From an uncultured Spirochaetota bacterium (lineage in GTDB: Bacteria > Spirochaetota > Brevinematia > Brevinematales > JAOACQ01), in assembly GCA_963835575.1 (NCBI GenBank), contig CAWIGG010000002.1, positions 32,001-96,000 of the forward strand: a DNA stretch of 64,000 bases, written 5' to 3'. Positions 9,531 to 17,895 of this stretch are shown here, piece by piece. The translations under genes and the position numbers were made by a program. A model generated the notes under the pieces. It did no database searches, was not told where the DNA came from, and worked only from the letters and a program-made list of their open reading frames with translations. Every line of letters starts with the position of its first letter. The first letter of the stretch is position 1.

Positions 9531-10058
9531 CTATTTAAATATTTCATTAGCATCAATTTCAGCTGGCAGATTATCTTTTGTTAAATATCCTGGTAATCCC
9601 CACCATTGATTATAGTTATCATCATAATAATTAATAATTATTCTAATCTGTTCGTTATACAATTTTAATGAATCTAATAAATTCTGATAAATATATTTCT
9701 TTTCTTCAATTGATTTAACTTGAGCAAATCCAGCATCTTCTGGTGCAGGTTGAGGCATAACTATGGATTTTTGGGAAATATTCTCTTTAATATTATTATA
9801 ATAATTTTTTTCTATTGTTGATCTTTCATTTACAAATTTGTCTAATTCTTTAATATAAAGTGTATAAAATACAAATGAATGCTTCAGATTTTCCTCCCTT
9901 TTAACCAATTCCCTATAGAATTTAATACACATTTCATAGTTATATCTATAATTATTGAATGAAAATATAGTTGGTTTCTTTAAAGATTTAAAACATTTAT
10001 TATTTAGGTTGAGAATATCATAAAATTTTGGAATTAAATTACTATTTTCTTTTTCCAT
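9531..10058 (-). CDS. Cassette-encoded hypothetical protein (cassette D)
   Basis: ATG at 10058 with AGGGGA SD; AT-rich; flanked by inverted repeats 9503-9527/10101-10125. Confidence 0.75.
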   Translation of the reverse strand: MEKENSNLIPKFYDILNLNNKCFKSLKKPTIFSFNNYRYNYEMCIKFYRELVKREENLKHSFVFYTLYIKELDKFVNERSTIEKNYYNNIKENISQKSIVMPQPAPEDAGFAQVKSIEEKKYIYQNLLDSLKLYNEQIRIIINYYDDNYNQWWGLPGYLTKDNLPAEIDANEIFK

Positions 10059-10118
10059 AAATGTTCCCCTTATATAACAATTTAAAATCGAATAACCAGC
10101 TTCGGCCCGGCAAATTTC

Positions 10119-10272
10119 GTACAACGGTGCGCGTAGAAGAAGTTTGGCGGCCCGTCAGGGTTGGCGTCTTTTTTGCATCCCACGCGCAAAAAAGATGACA
10201 AAGCCAAATTTGCCGCAGGCCGAGCACCGCCCGGAGCCGCGCGAGGACGGAGCGGAGCTTCTACGCGTTGTT
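10119..10272 (-). other. attC-like site 1 (R'' side interrupted by the IS)
   Basis: AAC(10123-25) GGTG CGCGTAGAAG ... CTTCTACGCG TT GTT(10270-72); internal hairpins TTTGGC/GCCAAA and TCTTTTTTGC/GCAAAAAAGA. Confidence 0.8.
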
Positions 10273-11994
10273 GAGTCTGTCGAAAAAGTGATATTTAATG
10301 TAAATTATTATCGATATAGCTTAAAATAATGAATGAAATAAATCAATAGCGGAAGGTTATATGGCAAGATACAAGACAGTTAATTATGAGCAGATGGAAA
10401 TGATACCGCTCAATTTTTCAGATCAGCTGATCGAAGGAACATATGAACACACACTCAATTTCCTAATCGAGGAAAAGGCTGACCTTTCCTGTTTTGATAT
10501 AAATTATAAAAATGATAAAACAGGCTCGAAAGCGATTTCTCCGGCAATTCTTCTGAAAATAATCCTTTTTGCCTATTCGAAAGGTATTACTACATCACGC
10601 AGGATTGAGGAAGCTTGCCGGGTGAATGTCATCTTCAAAGCCCTGTCCGGGAATACCGTTCCAGACCATTCCACTATAGCCGCTTTTGTTACCGGTATGA
10701 AAGACCGGATTAAAATAGTATTTCAGTTTGTGCTGATGGTCTGTTCTTCTGCGGGATTGATCGGCGGGGACATGTTCGCCGTTGACGGCTGTAAATTGCC
10801 TTCAAACGCTTCTAAAGAATGGAGCGGTACATTCAAAGACCTGAAAAAGAAACAGGAAAAGTTTGAAAAGCTGGCGGCATTTCTACTGGAAAAACACGCG
10901 CAAGCTGACTGCTCCGGCGAAAATGAAAAGTCTAAAGCGCTTCAAAAAAGATCGGAAAAAATACGGAAGAAAGCGGAGAAAATCGATGCCTTTCTCAAAT
11001 CCCAGAATCCCAAATACGGCAAGCGGGGACGTGAAAACCAATCGAATATTACCGATAACGAAAGCGCGAAAATCAAGAGTTCCCACGGTGTGATACAAGG
11101 TTATAATGGACTTGCGGTAGTGGATTCAAAGCATCAGGTGATTACCGCGGCGGAAGCTTTTGGTTTAGGCCAGGAAGGGGAAGTATTGAAGCCGATGGTT
11201 GAAATAACGGAGGAAAATTTAAGCGTGATAAAAGGAGAAACAAATCCGCTGGAAGGAAAAACAATACTGGGGGACACGAATTATTTCAGCGAAGAAAATC
11301 TAAAATATCTGGCGGAAGAAAAGAAGATGGAAGCTGTGATACCGGACAATCAATTTCGAGGGAGGGATGAACGGTTTACCGATCGGGGAAGGTTCAAGCC
11401 GAAACCGATGAAATACCGGGAACACGATTTTGAAAAAAATGAAGCTGATAATACTTATATATGCCCGAATGGAAAAATATTAAGCTATAAGGGATACCAG
11501 AGGCAATTGAGTAATTTCGGCCATAAATATCAGGCCAGGCAGGCGGATTGTTCAAAATGCGGGAAAAGGGGACAATGCTTAAAACATCCCGATAAGACAA
11601 GGCAAAGAACATTATATCTGGTGGACAAAAGAGGGGATAAAAACTATTCAAAAGAAATGGTAAATAAAATTGATCTGCCGGAAATCAGGGATTTGTACAG
11701 CCGGAGGATGGGAATAATTGAGCCGGTATTCGGTAACATCCGTTCTTGTAAAGGTATGGACCGTTTTACGCTCAGGGGTAAGAGTAAGGTTAATATCCAG
11801 TGGCTTTTGTTCTGTATAGTGCATAATATTGGTAAAATCCAGATATTTGGTAAGATTTAAGGGGGTGTTCATAGCCATAATACCGGCTTGAAATTGGAAA
11901 AATGGAAAATCCGGATAGAGAAATGAAAAATGATACTCTATCCGGCTTTCAGAAGACAGTTTTTATTCTCGTTTTTGGCTTTTTCGACAGGGTC
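10273..11994 (+). mobile_element. IS1182-family insertion sequence with 3-bp GTT target duplication
   Basis: Terminal IRs GAGTCTGTCGAAAAAG and CTTTTTCGACAGGGTC; GTT at 10270-72 and 11995-97. Confidence 0.88.
10361..11860 (+). CDS. IS1182-family DDE transposase
   Basis: LLKIILFAYSKGITTSRRIE, PDHSTIA, AVDGCK, GYN, C-terminal Cys cluster (CPNG...CSKC...C) and IEPVFGNI. Confidence 0.9.
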   Translation: MARYKTVNYEQMEMIPLNFSDQLIEGTYEHTLNFLIEEKADLSCFDINYKNDKTGSKAISPAILLKIILFAYSKGITTSRRIEEACRVNVIFKALSGNTVPDHSTIAAFVTGMKDRIKIVFQFVLMVCSSAGLIGGDMFAVDGCKLPSNASKEWSGTFKDLKKKQEKFEKLAAFLLEKHAQADCSGENEKSKALQKRSEKIRKKAEKIDAFLKSQNPKYGKRGRENQSNITDNESAKIKSSHGVIQGYNGLAVVDSKHQVITAAEAFGLGQEGEVLKPMVEITEENLSVIKGETNPLEGKTILGDTNYFSEENLKYLAEEKKMEAVIPDNQFRGRDERFTDRGRFKPKPMKYREHDFEKNEADNTYICPNGKILSYKGYQRQLSNFGHKYQARQADCSKCGKRGQCLKHPDKTRQRTLYLVDKRGDKNYSKEMVNKIDLPEIRDLYSRRMGIIEPVFGNIRSCKGMDRFTLRGKSKVNIQWLLFCIVHNIGKIQIFGKI

Positions 11995-12013
11995 GTTATA
12001 TGCCGTTGCCCAA

Positions 12014-13054
12014 TCATTCTTTTAACCCGCTTTCTGTAATTTTTAATATTACCGATTTAACAATGTCCAAGAATACAGATATTTCTTTTTCAGAATATGA
12101 CTTACTAATTACCCACTTTAGATTTGATTGAGCATTAACAAAATAACCTGTCTTTACAAGATTCTCTTTATAGTAATCTATAATAATTTCAGGATTATTG
12201 ATTTTCTTTTGAATTTCTTCAAAACCGGAATAAATACTTTGTTTAAAAACTGATTTTGGAGGATAACCAAATAATAATGCGATTTTTTTATCACTTATAT
12301 TTAGATTTAAAGAATATCCTTTTGAACCCCAAATAAACATTAAGGTATTGACTTTTGCAAACTCGATAATTTTATTGAAAACCAATTTTCCATTTTCATC
12401 TAAAGATTCTAAAAAGTCTTTCTGATTTACTTTTGGTAATGAAGCAGATTGAACATTTTGTTTTTTATATTCTTCATCGCCTATTATCATATCTGAAGAA
12501 ACGACTTTTTCTCCATTTTTTGATTCAAAATATTTAAATTCTAAACAATTAATATCAATTCCTTTTTGTCTTAAGAAAACAGCAGTTTGTTTAATTTCTT
12601 TGCTAATTTCCTGAGCGATAATTAGTAAACGCATATTTTTATTAAATGATACTTGTTGATCCGGTTCTTGAATAAAATATTGATTGTGATAATCTTCTAA
12701 ATTTGATTCTTCTCCATAATATTCTTTAAATATTTCATTTAATTGCTCATAATTCAAATTTTCAATAAATGATGCATATTCAAGTATTTGTGCGATGGTT
12801 TCTCTGGGTGTTTTATCTCTTTTTAGTTCAATGACAACAACATTGCCAATTTTATCTATTCCCAATAAGTCAATATAAGCATTGAAATTAGTTGATACCT
12901 GTCTTCCAATAATTAATATTTTTGTATTTTCAAAGAAATAATCCGGATTCTTTTCCAGTAAAATTTCTAAATCTTTTTCTATATTATTAATTTTGAAATT
13001 TTGTTCTTTGTAAGGAGTGAAATTTCCTTCATTGTTTATTGTAAATAATTTCAT
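12014..13054 (-). CDS. NucS/DUF91-like PD-(D/E)XK nuclease with C-terminal extension (cassette C)
   Basis: EKDLE..LEKNP, IGRQV, IDLLGID..G..VVIELKR, AQILEYAS; GGAGG SD; flanked by IRs 11995-12016/13072-13093. Confidence 0.75.
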   Translation of the reverse strand: MKLFTINNEGNFTPYKEQNFKINNIEKDLEILLEKNPDYFFENTKILIIGRQVSTNFNAYIDLLGIDKIGNVVVIELKRDKTPRETIAQILEYASFIENLNYEQLNEIFKEYYGEESNLEDYHNQYFIQEPDQQVSFNKNMRLLIIAQEISKEIKQTAVFLRQKGIDINCLEFKYFESKNGEKVVSSDMIIGDEEYKKQNVQSASLPKVNQKDFLESLDENGKLVFNKIIEFAKVNTLMFIWGSKGYSLNLNISDKKIALLFGYPPKSVFKQSIYSGFEEIQKKINNPEIIIDYYKENLVKTGYFVNAQSNLKWVISKSYSEKEISVFLDIVKSVILKITESGLKE

Positions 13055-13086
13055 TTGTTTCCTCCAAAAGCTGATTGGGCAATGGC

Positions 13087-13272
13087 ATATAACGGCACAG
13101 ACAAGCCGACGTTTTTTCGGCTTAGAGCCAGGCTTGCCGCTCTTAGCCGAAAAAATGTGGTGAACTTTTTGTCCTTCTCCTCCGGCCTACTTCTCAAAAA
13201 GTGAACCTGAGGAACGGAACCCGGAGCGACTGAGCGTAGGGTGAGTACCGGAACGTTTGTCTGTTGTTAGCT
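13087..13272 (-). other. attC-like site 2
   Basis: AAC(13091-93) GGC ACAGACAA ... TTGTCTGT T GTT(13266-68); branched internal hairpins shared with site 3. Confidence 0.85.
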
Positions 13273-13447
13273 GCTGTGCCGGTTGCCGTGTATCATGAGC
13301 ATATTTTATTTTTATTCCAAGTTTTTTTGATAGTTTTTCAACATAATTATGAGTTTCTTTAACAATTTTTAATAAGTCATAATCATTTTCAGCAGACATT
13401 TTTCTTTGAACAATTTCTTTATTTTTGATAATTTCATCTAAAATCAT
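13187..13447 (-). CDS. Small protein, probable antitoxin partner of the PIN toxin (cassette B)
   Basis: Directly follows the PIN gene, with SD AAGGAGG in the PIN 3' end; reads through into attC site 2. Confidence 0.6.
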   Translation of the reverse strand: MILDEIIKNKEIVQRKMSAENDYDLLKIVKETHNYVEKLSKKLGIKIKYAHDTRQPAQQLTTDKRSGTHPTLSRSGFRSSGSLFEK

Positions 13448-13451
13448 AAAT

Positions 13452-13919
13452 TTATTCCTCCTTATTTAGTAATTCTAAAGGTGTGATAATTTCAGGTATA
13501 TACAATCCCAATCTAGTATTAATAATTCTGATGTGTTGTTTTTTATTTCCATTTGCCAAATGAGTACAATTCCAGGTCAATAAAAAATCGATTTTATAAT
13601 AAGACGCATAAGATAAATGAAGTGCATCTCCACCTAATTCTTTAGGCATTAAATAATTGTCAATATAAATCTGTGCGATATCAAGAACATCTTTATTTGG
13701 AGGTAAAACGGTAAGTTTCAAAGCGTTTTGAAGAACTTGTTCTTTTCTTGGATAATTACTTTCTCCAAGCTCTTTTAATGTTTCTTCTGATAAGGATACT
13801 TTATAAAATTTCTTTTCTTCTTTCCACCATTTTTTTGTGATATCAATAAGAAATTGAATCTCTTCCCTTTCATCATAAAGAAAACTCAGAACTGTAGAAT
13901 CTAAATAAACAGATTTCAT
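13452..13919 (-). CDS. PIN-domain (VapC-like) toxin (cassette B)
   Basis: VYLDSTV, S.ETL.EL, DALHLSYA, LLTWNCTHLAN and IITP motifs. Confidence 0.85.
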   Translation of the reverse strand: MKSVYLDSTVLSFLYDEREEIQFLIDITKKWWKEEKKFYKVSLSEETLKELGESNYPRKEQVLQNALKLTVLPPNKDVLDIAQIYIDNYLMPKELGGDALHLSYASYYKIDFLLTWNCTHLANGNKKQHIRIINTRLGLYIPEIITPLELLNKEE

Positions 13920-14024
13920 AAAATATCCCACTTATTTTTTATTAATTATAATACTAAAATGAAATTATCACACTTTTTTTATTGCGTTTTTTGTTTTATA
14001 ACAAAGCCAGGCAACCGGCATTTC

Positions 14025-14200
14025 AGCTAACGGTGGCGGACAAACGACGTTTGCAAGCCTTAGAGCCAGGCTTGCCGCTCTTAGGCTTGCAAATGTGGTG
14101 AACCTTTTGTCTTTCTCCTCCGTCCTACCCAACAAAAGGTGAACCCGAGGAGCGCAGGCGTCGCAACGCCGAGCACCGCAGCGTTTGTCCGCTGTTGGGC
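14025..14200 (-). other. attC-like site 3
   Basis: AAC(14029-31) GGTG GCGGACAAACG ... CGTTTGTCCGC T GTT(14194-96). Confidence 0.85.
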
Positions 14201-14581
14201 GATGGCGGCCAATTCTCTGAATGAATAAGATTTTCCGCAGGCAATTATTTCGCTGAATTTCTCAGTCTTTCTATAAATATCATTACTTGACAACGGCACT
14301 TATTTTCTTACATATGCCTGCGACCATAACCCTTCTCTTTATTCATTATAATCAAAAATGCCCATAATAATTTTATCAAACAGCCTTTATTTTTTCAAAT
14401 AAGAATTCTTAAAAAATAATATTTTCAAGTAAAAAAAACAACATAAAAATAATTTTATTTCTATTATAACTAATTTATAAGCCAAATATCTAAATTATCT
14501 CTTACAACCTGAACTACGCAGAGAAATATCCGTCCTTCCCGGGCATTTTTGAATGTTTATTATACAGCATTGGCCGCTTTC

Positions 14582-14683
14582 GCCCAACTCTATATAAAAG
14601 AATTTCGTTTTTTATGAAAATAATTACTACGATTTATTGTATAAAATACGAAATTGAATCAGATTATTTTAATAAGCTAATAT
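14582..14683 (-). other. Putative attI site at the 3' end of the integrase gene
   Basis: Minus strand TATATAGA|GTTGGGC (GTTRRRY) starts cassette A. No attC hairpin lies upstream, only AT-rich DNA with an AATTTCGT/ACGAAATT inverted motif. Confidence 0.7.
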
Positions 14684-15745
14684 TTAAGTGTCAAGATTAG
14701 TTTTTTTTAAGCTTAGAGTTACATCAAGGGGGCTGATAATATTTTTAACTATGTTTTTTGAAATATGGGTATAGATCTCTGTCGTTTTTAGACTTTTGTG
14801 CCCCAGAAAGGTCTGGATATACCGGATATCTGTTCCATTTTCCAGAAGGTGTGTCGCGAATGAATGCCTCAGACAGTGAATACTGCATTTTTTATTGATC
14901 CCGGTTTTTATAACGGCATTTTCAAATACTTTTTCCGCTGTTCTTATCGTTATGTGGCTGTTTATGTCATAACTTGGAAAAAGCCAGATGAGAGTATTGT
15001 AATGTTTGGTATAATCATCCATCAATGAAAGGATGATATCCGAAAGTATGGTGATCCTGTCTTTATTCCCTTTGGCCTTCCTGATAAATATCTGCTTTCT
15101 TTCACGGTCAAGGTCTTCAATTTTTAGTTTGACAGCTTCGCTGACCCTTAATCCGGCCGAATATATAATGGAGATTAAAAGTTTGTGTTTTAAATTATCG
15201 ATACCGGATAGTAATTTTATGATTTCCCCTGTATTTAAAATCACAGGAAGCTTTTTGTCTTTTTTTGCCCTGGGTATGTATACCGTAAAATCCTTCTTCA
15301 ATATTTTACCATAGAAATATTTAATCGCGTTAACGGCGCAATTAATAGTTGACGAGGACAGGTTTTCTTCATCCGCGAGATAATAAAGGTATTCCATAAT
15401 TTCAGGCCTGGTTATTAATTCCGGTTTTTTCCCATGATATTCAAGCATATTTTTATTGTAATAAAGATATGAGGCTATTGTCTGAGAACTGTATTTTCTG
15501 ATCTTAAGCTCTTTCTCCAATACGGTCAGATAATGATCGTAAGAGAATAATTCGTGATAACTTTCCGGGAATAATTCCTTTAGCCGGATAATATTTTCTT
15601 TTTTCGGGTTTATTAACCAGCATTTATTCTGCTTGTCCCATTTGCTTCCGGAAATTGTATGCATTTTCTCAATTAAATCTATGTCATAAAGGAAACACAC
15701 CTCAATTTCCCCGCTATTATTATATCGCATCTTCACATCTTTCAT
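14684..15745 (-). CDS. Integron-like tyrosine recombinase with N-terminal HARP-like domain and no IntI-specific insertion
   Basis: SAM-like domain YSSQTIASY, KKLPVIL; catalytic motifs GLRVSE, KGNKDR, HCLRHSFATHLLE, LGHKS and TTEIYTH. Only ~23 aa separate KDR from WLFP. Confidence 0.85.
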   Translation of the reverse strand: MKDVKMRYNNSGEIEVCFLYDIDLIEKMHTISGSKWDKQNKCWLINPKKENIIRLKELFPESYHELFSYDHYLTVLEKELKIRKYSSQTIASYLYYNKNMLEYHGKKPELITRPEIMEYLYYLADEENLSSSTINCAVNAIKYFYGKILKKDFTVYIPRAKKDKKLPVILNTGEIIKLLSGIDNLKHKLLISIIYSAGLRVSEAVKLKIEDLDRERKQIFIRKAKGNKDRITILSDIILSLMDDYTKHYNTLIWLFPSYDINSHITIRTAEKVFENAVIKTGINKKCSIHCLRHSFATHLLENGTDIRYIQTFLGHKSLKTTEIYTHISKNIVKNIISPLDVTLSLKKTNLDT

Positions 15746-16032
15746 ATTTTTCTCCTCTTTTACCTTAATACCTGAAACTTGTTAAATGGTATGTAGATTA
15801 TGTTTTATTGTTGTAAATAAATATTAACATTTAGCTCAATATTAAGAATATAAATCGAATTTCGTTAATTAATTACGAAATATGGATTGCTGTCTTCCCG
15901 GGTTGAAGGCGGCTGATTACGGCTTTAATATGGAAGGAGTGTATTTGCCGCATGGGAAGGAGTATAATACTGTCAGCGCAAAAAAAGTTTTTTTATTAAA
16001 ATGTATTATTATCGCCTGAAATTTATTACTCT

Positions 16033-16061
16033 TTGATAAATAACCTGTCTTCTATTATAAT
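16033..16061 (+). promoter_or_regulatory. Sigma70-like promoter for lepA
   Basis: TTGATA-N17-TATAAT. Confidence 0.55.
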
Positions 16062-16080
16062 ACTATAGTGTAAATTTGGA

Positions 16081-17895
16081 GTGAATATGTCTTACAGGGA
16101 TCAGATCAGGAATTTTTCCATCATCGCTCATATCGACCATGGCAAGTCGACGCTGGCCGACAGGATCCTGGAAAAGACCGGCATCATTGATAAAGCGAAA
16201 GGCGGGGAGCAGGTCCTCGATTCCATGACGGTTAAGAAGGATCATGGCATTACCGTCAAGGCGCATACGGTTTCCGTGCCGTACAAAGCGAAAGACGGGA
16301 TTGATTACACGCTGAACCTGATCGATACGCCGGGCCATGTCGATTTTTCCTACGAAGTTTCCCGGAGCCTCGGCGCGTGCGAGGGCGTTCTTCTTTTGAT
16401 CGACGCCTCGCAGGGCGTTCAGGCGCAGACGCTCTCCAATTTTTATCTTGCCTTCGAGCAGAACCTGGAGATCATTCCTGTGATCAATAAAATCGACCTG
16501 CCCAGCGCCCATATCGATATGGTAAACGAACAGATCGAAAAAGACCTCGGCCTTTCTCCGGAAAGCGCGCTCAAGATCAGCGCCAAGGCGGGCATCGGCA
16601 TCGAGGAAGTTCTGGAAGCGCTTGTCACTAAAATCCCGCCGCCGAAGGGCGACGAAAACGCCCCGCTCAAGGCCCTTGTTTTCGATTCTTATTACGACAT
16701 CTACCGCGGTGTGATCGTCAAGGTGCGGGTTTATGAAGGGAGCGTCAGGCATGGCGACCAGATTTCCTTTATGCTTTCCAACCGCGAGTACCAGGTGGAG
16801 GAAGTCGGGCTCATGCGGATGAGCCTGCTGAAAAGGGACGAGCTCCGTGCCGGCGAGGTTGGTTACATCATCGCCGGGATCAAGTCCATCTCGGAATTCG
16901 GCGTCGGCGATACGATCACAACGAAGATTCATCCCTGTGATAAGCCGCTGGCCGGCTACAAGCCGCCCAAGCAGTATGTTTTCGCCGGGCTTTTTCCCAT
17001 CGAGGGCGAGCAGTTTGATGAGCTTCATGAAGCGCTTTATAAGCTCAAGCTGAACGACGCCTCTCTCTCATTCATAAAGTGGAATTCCGGCGCCCTGGGC
17101 ATGGGCTTCAAGTGCGGCTTCCTGGGCCTTCTGCATCTTCAGATCATCCAGGAGCGGCTGGAAAGCGAGTTCAACCTTAGTATCATCTCCACAGTACCGT
17201 CTGTTGAATACCGGATCAAGCTGACGAACGGTAACACTATTTTTATAGAGAACGCCACGGAACTTCCTGAGAACAGCAGCGTCTCCCAGATTGAGGAGCC
17301 GTGGGTGACAGCTCGGATCATACTGCCGAACGATTTTCTCGGCACGGTCCTCGACCTGATCCAGAAAAGGCGCGGCATCCAGAAGAACATGCTCTATATC
17401 GATTCCACACGTGTCGAGGTCAAGTGCGAGCTGCCGCTGGCGGAGATCATCTACGATTTTTACGACAAGCTGAAATCCTTCTCGAAAGGCTACGCCTCCT
17501 TCGATTACGAATTCCTCGAGTTCCGCCGCGGCAAAGTTGTCAGGATGGACATCCTTGTGAACGGCAAGCCCGTGGACGCGCTGGCCCAAATGGTCCATGA
17601 GGACAATGCCTACGCCCGCGCGCGTTCCGTCTGCGAAAAGCTCCGCGAGCTCATTCCCCAGCATCTCTTTCAGATCCCGGTCCAGGCTGCGATGGGAGGC
17701 AAGATCATCGCGCGCGAGACGATCAAGGCACTGCGCAAGGACGTGACGGCCAAATGCTACGGCGGCGACATCACCCGGAAGCGCAAGCTCCTCGAGAAGC
17801 AGAAGGAAGGCAAAAAGCGGATGAAGACCATCGGCAATGTGGACATTCCGCAGGAAGCCTTTATCGAAGTCCTCAAACGGGGCGACGATGAATAG
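16081..17895 (+). CDS. lepA: Elongation factor 4
   Basis: IRNFSIIAHIDHGKSTLADR, DTPGHVDF, KCYGGDITRKRKLLEKQKEGKKRMK. Confidence 0.97.
   Translation: MNMSYRDQIRNFSIIAHIDHGKSTLADRILEKTGIIDKAKGGEQVLDSMTVKKDHGITVKAHTVSVPYKAKDGIDYTLNLIDTPGHVDFSYEVSRSLGACEGVLLLIDASQGVQAQTLSNFYLAFEQNLEIIPVINKIDLPSAHIDMVNEQIEKDLGLSPESALKISAKAGIGIEEVLEALVTKIPPPKGDENAPLKALVFDSYYDIYRGVIVKVRVYEGSVRHGDQISFMLSNREYQVEEVGLMRMSLLKRDELRAGEVGYIIAGIKSISEFGVGDTITTKIHPCDKPLAGYKPPKQYVFAGLFPIEGEQFDELHEALYKLKLNDASLSFIKWNSGALGMGFKCGFLGLLHLQIIQERLESEFNLSIISTVPSVEYRIKLTNGNTIFIENATELPENSSVSQIEEPWVTARIILPNDFLGTVLDLIQKRRGIQKNMLYIDSTRVEVKCELPLAEIIYDFYDKLKSFSKGYASFDYEFLEFRRGKVVRMDILVNGKPVDALAQMVHEDNAYARARSVCEKLRELIPQHLFQIPVQAAMGGKIIARETIKALRKDVTAKCYGGDITRKRKLLEKQKEGKKRMKTIGNVDIPQEAFIEVLKRGDDE

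Noticed and set aside
10144..10329. ORFs 10144-10329 (+) and 10042-10227 (-)
   Set aside because: They lie across the GC-rich attC-like hairpin and IS end; no SD or protein-like features.
14081..14299. 72-aa ORF as the gene of cassette A
   Set aside because: GTG start without SD, and half of it is attC site 3.
14684..15745. Calling the recombinase xerC/xerD or intI
   Set aside because: It lacks the IntI insertion, while its array context and N-terminal extension argue against housekeeping Xer; symbol left blank.
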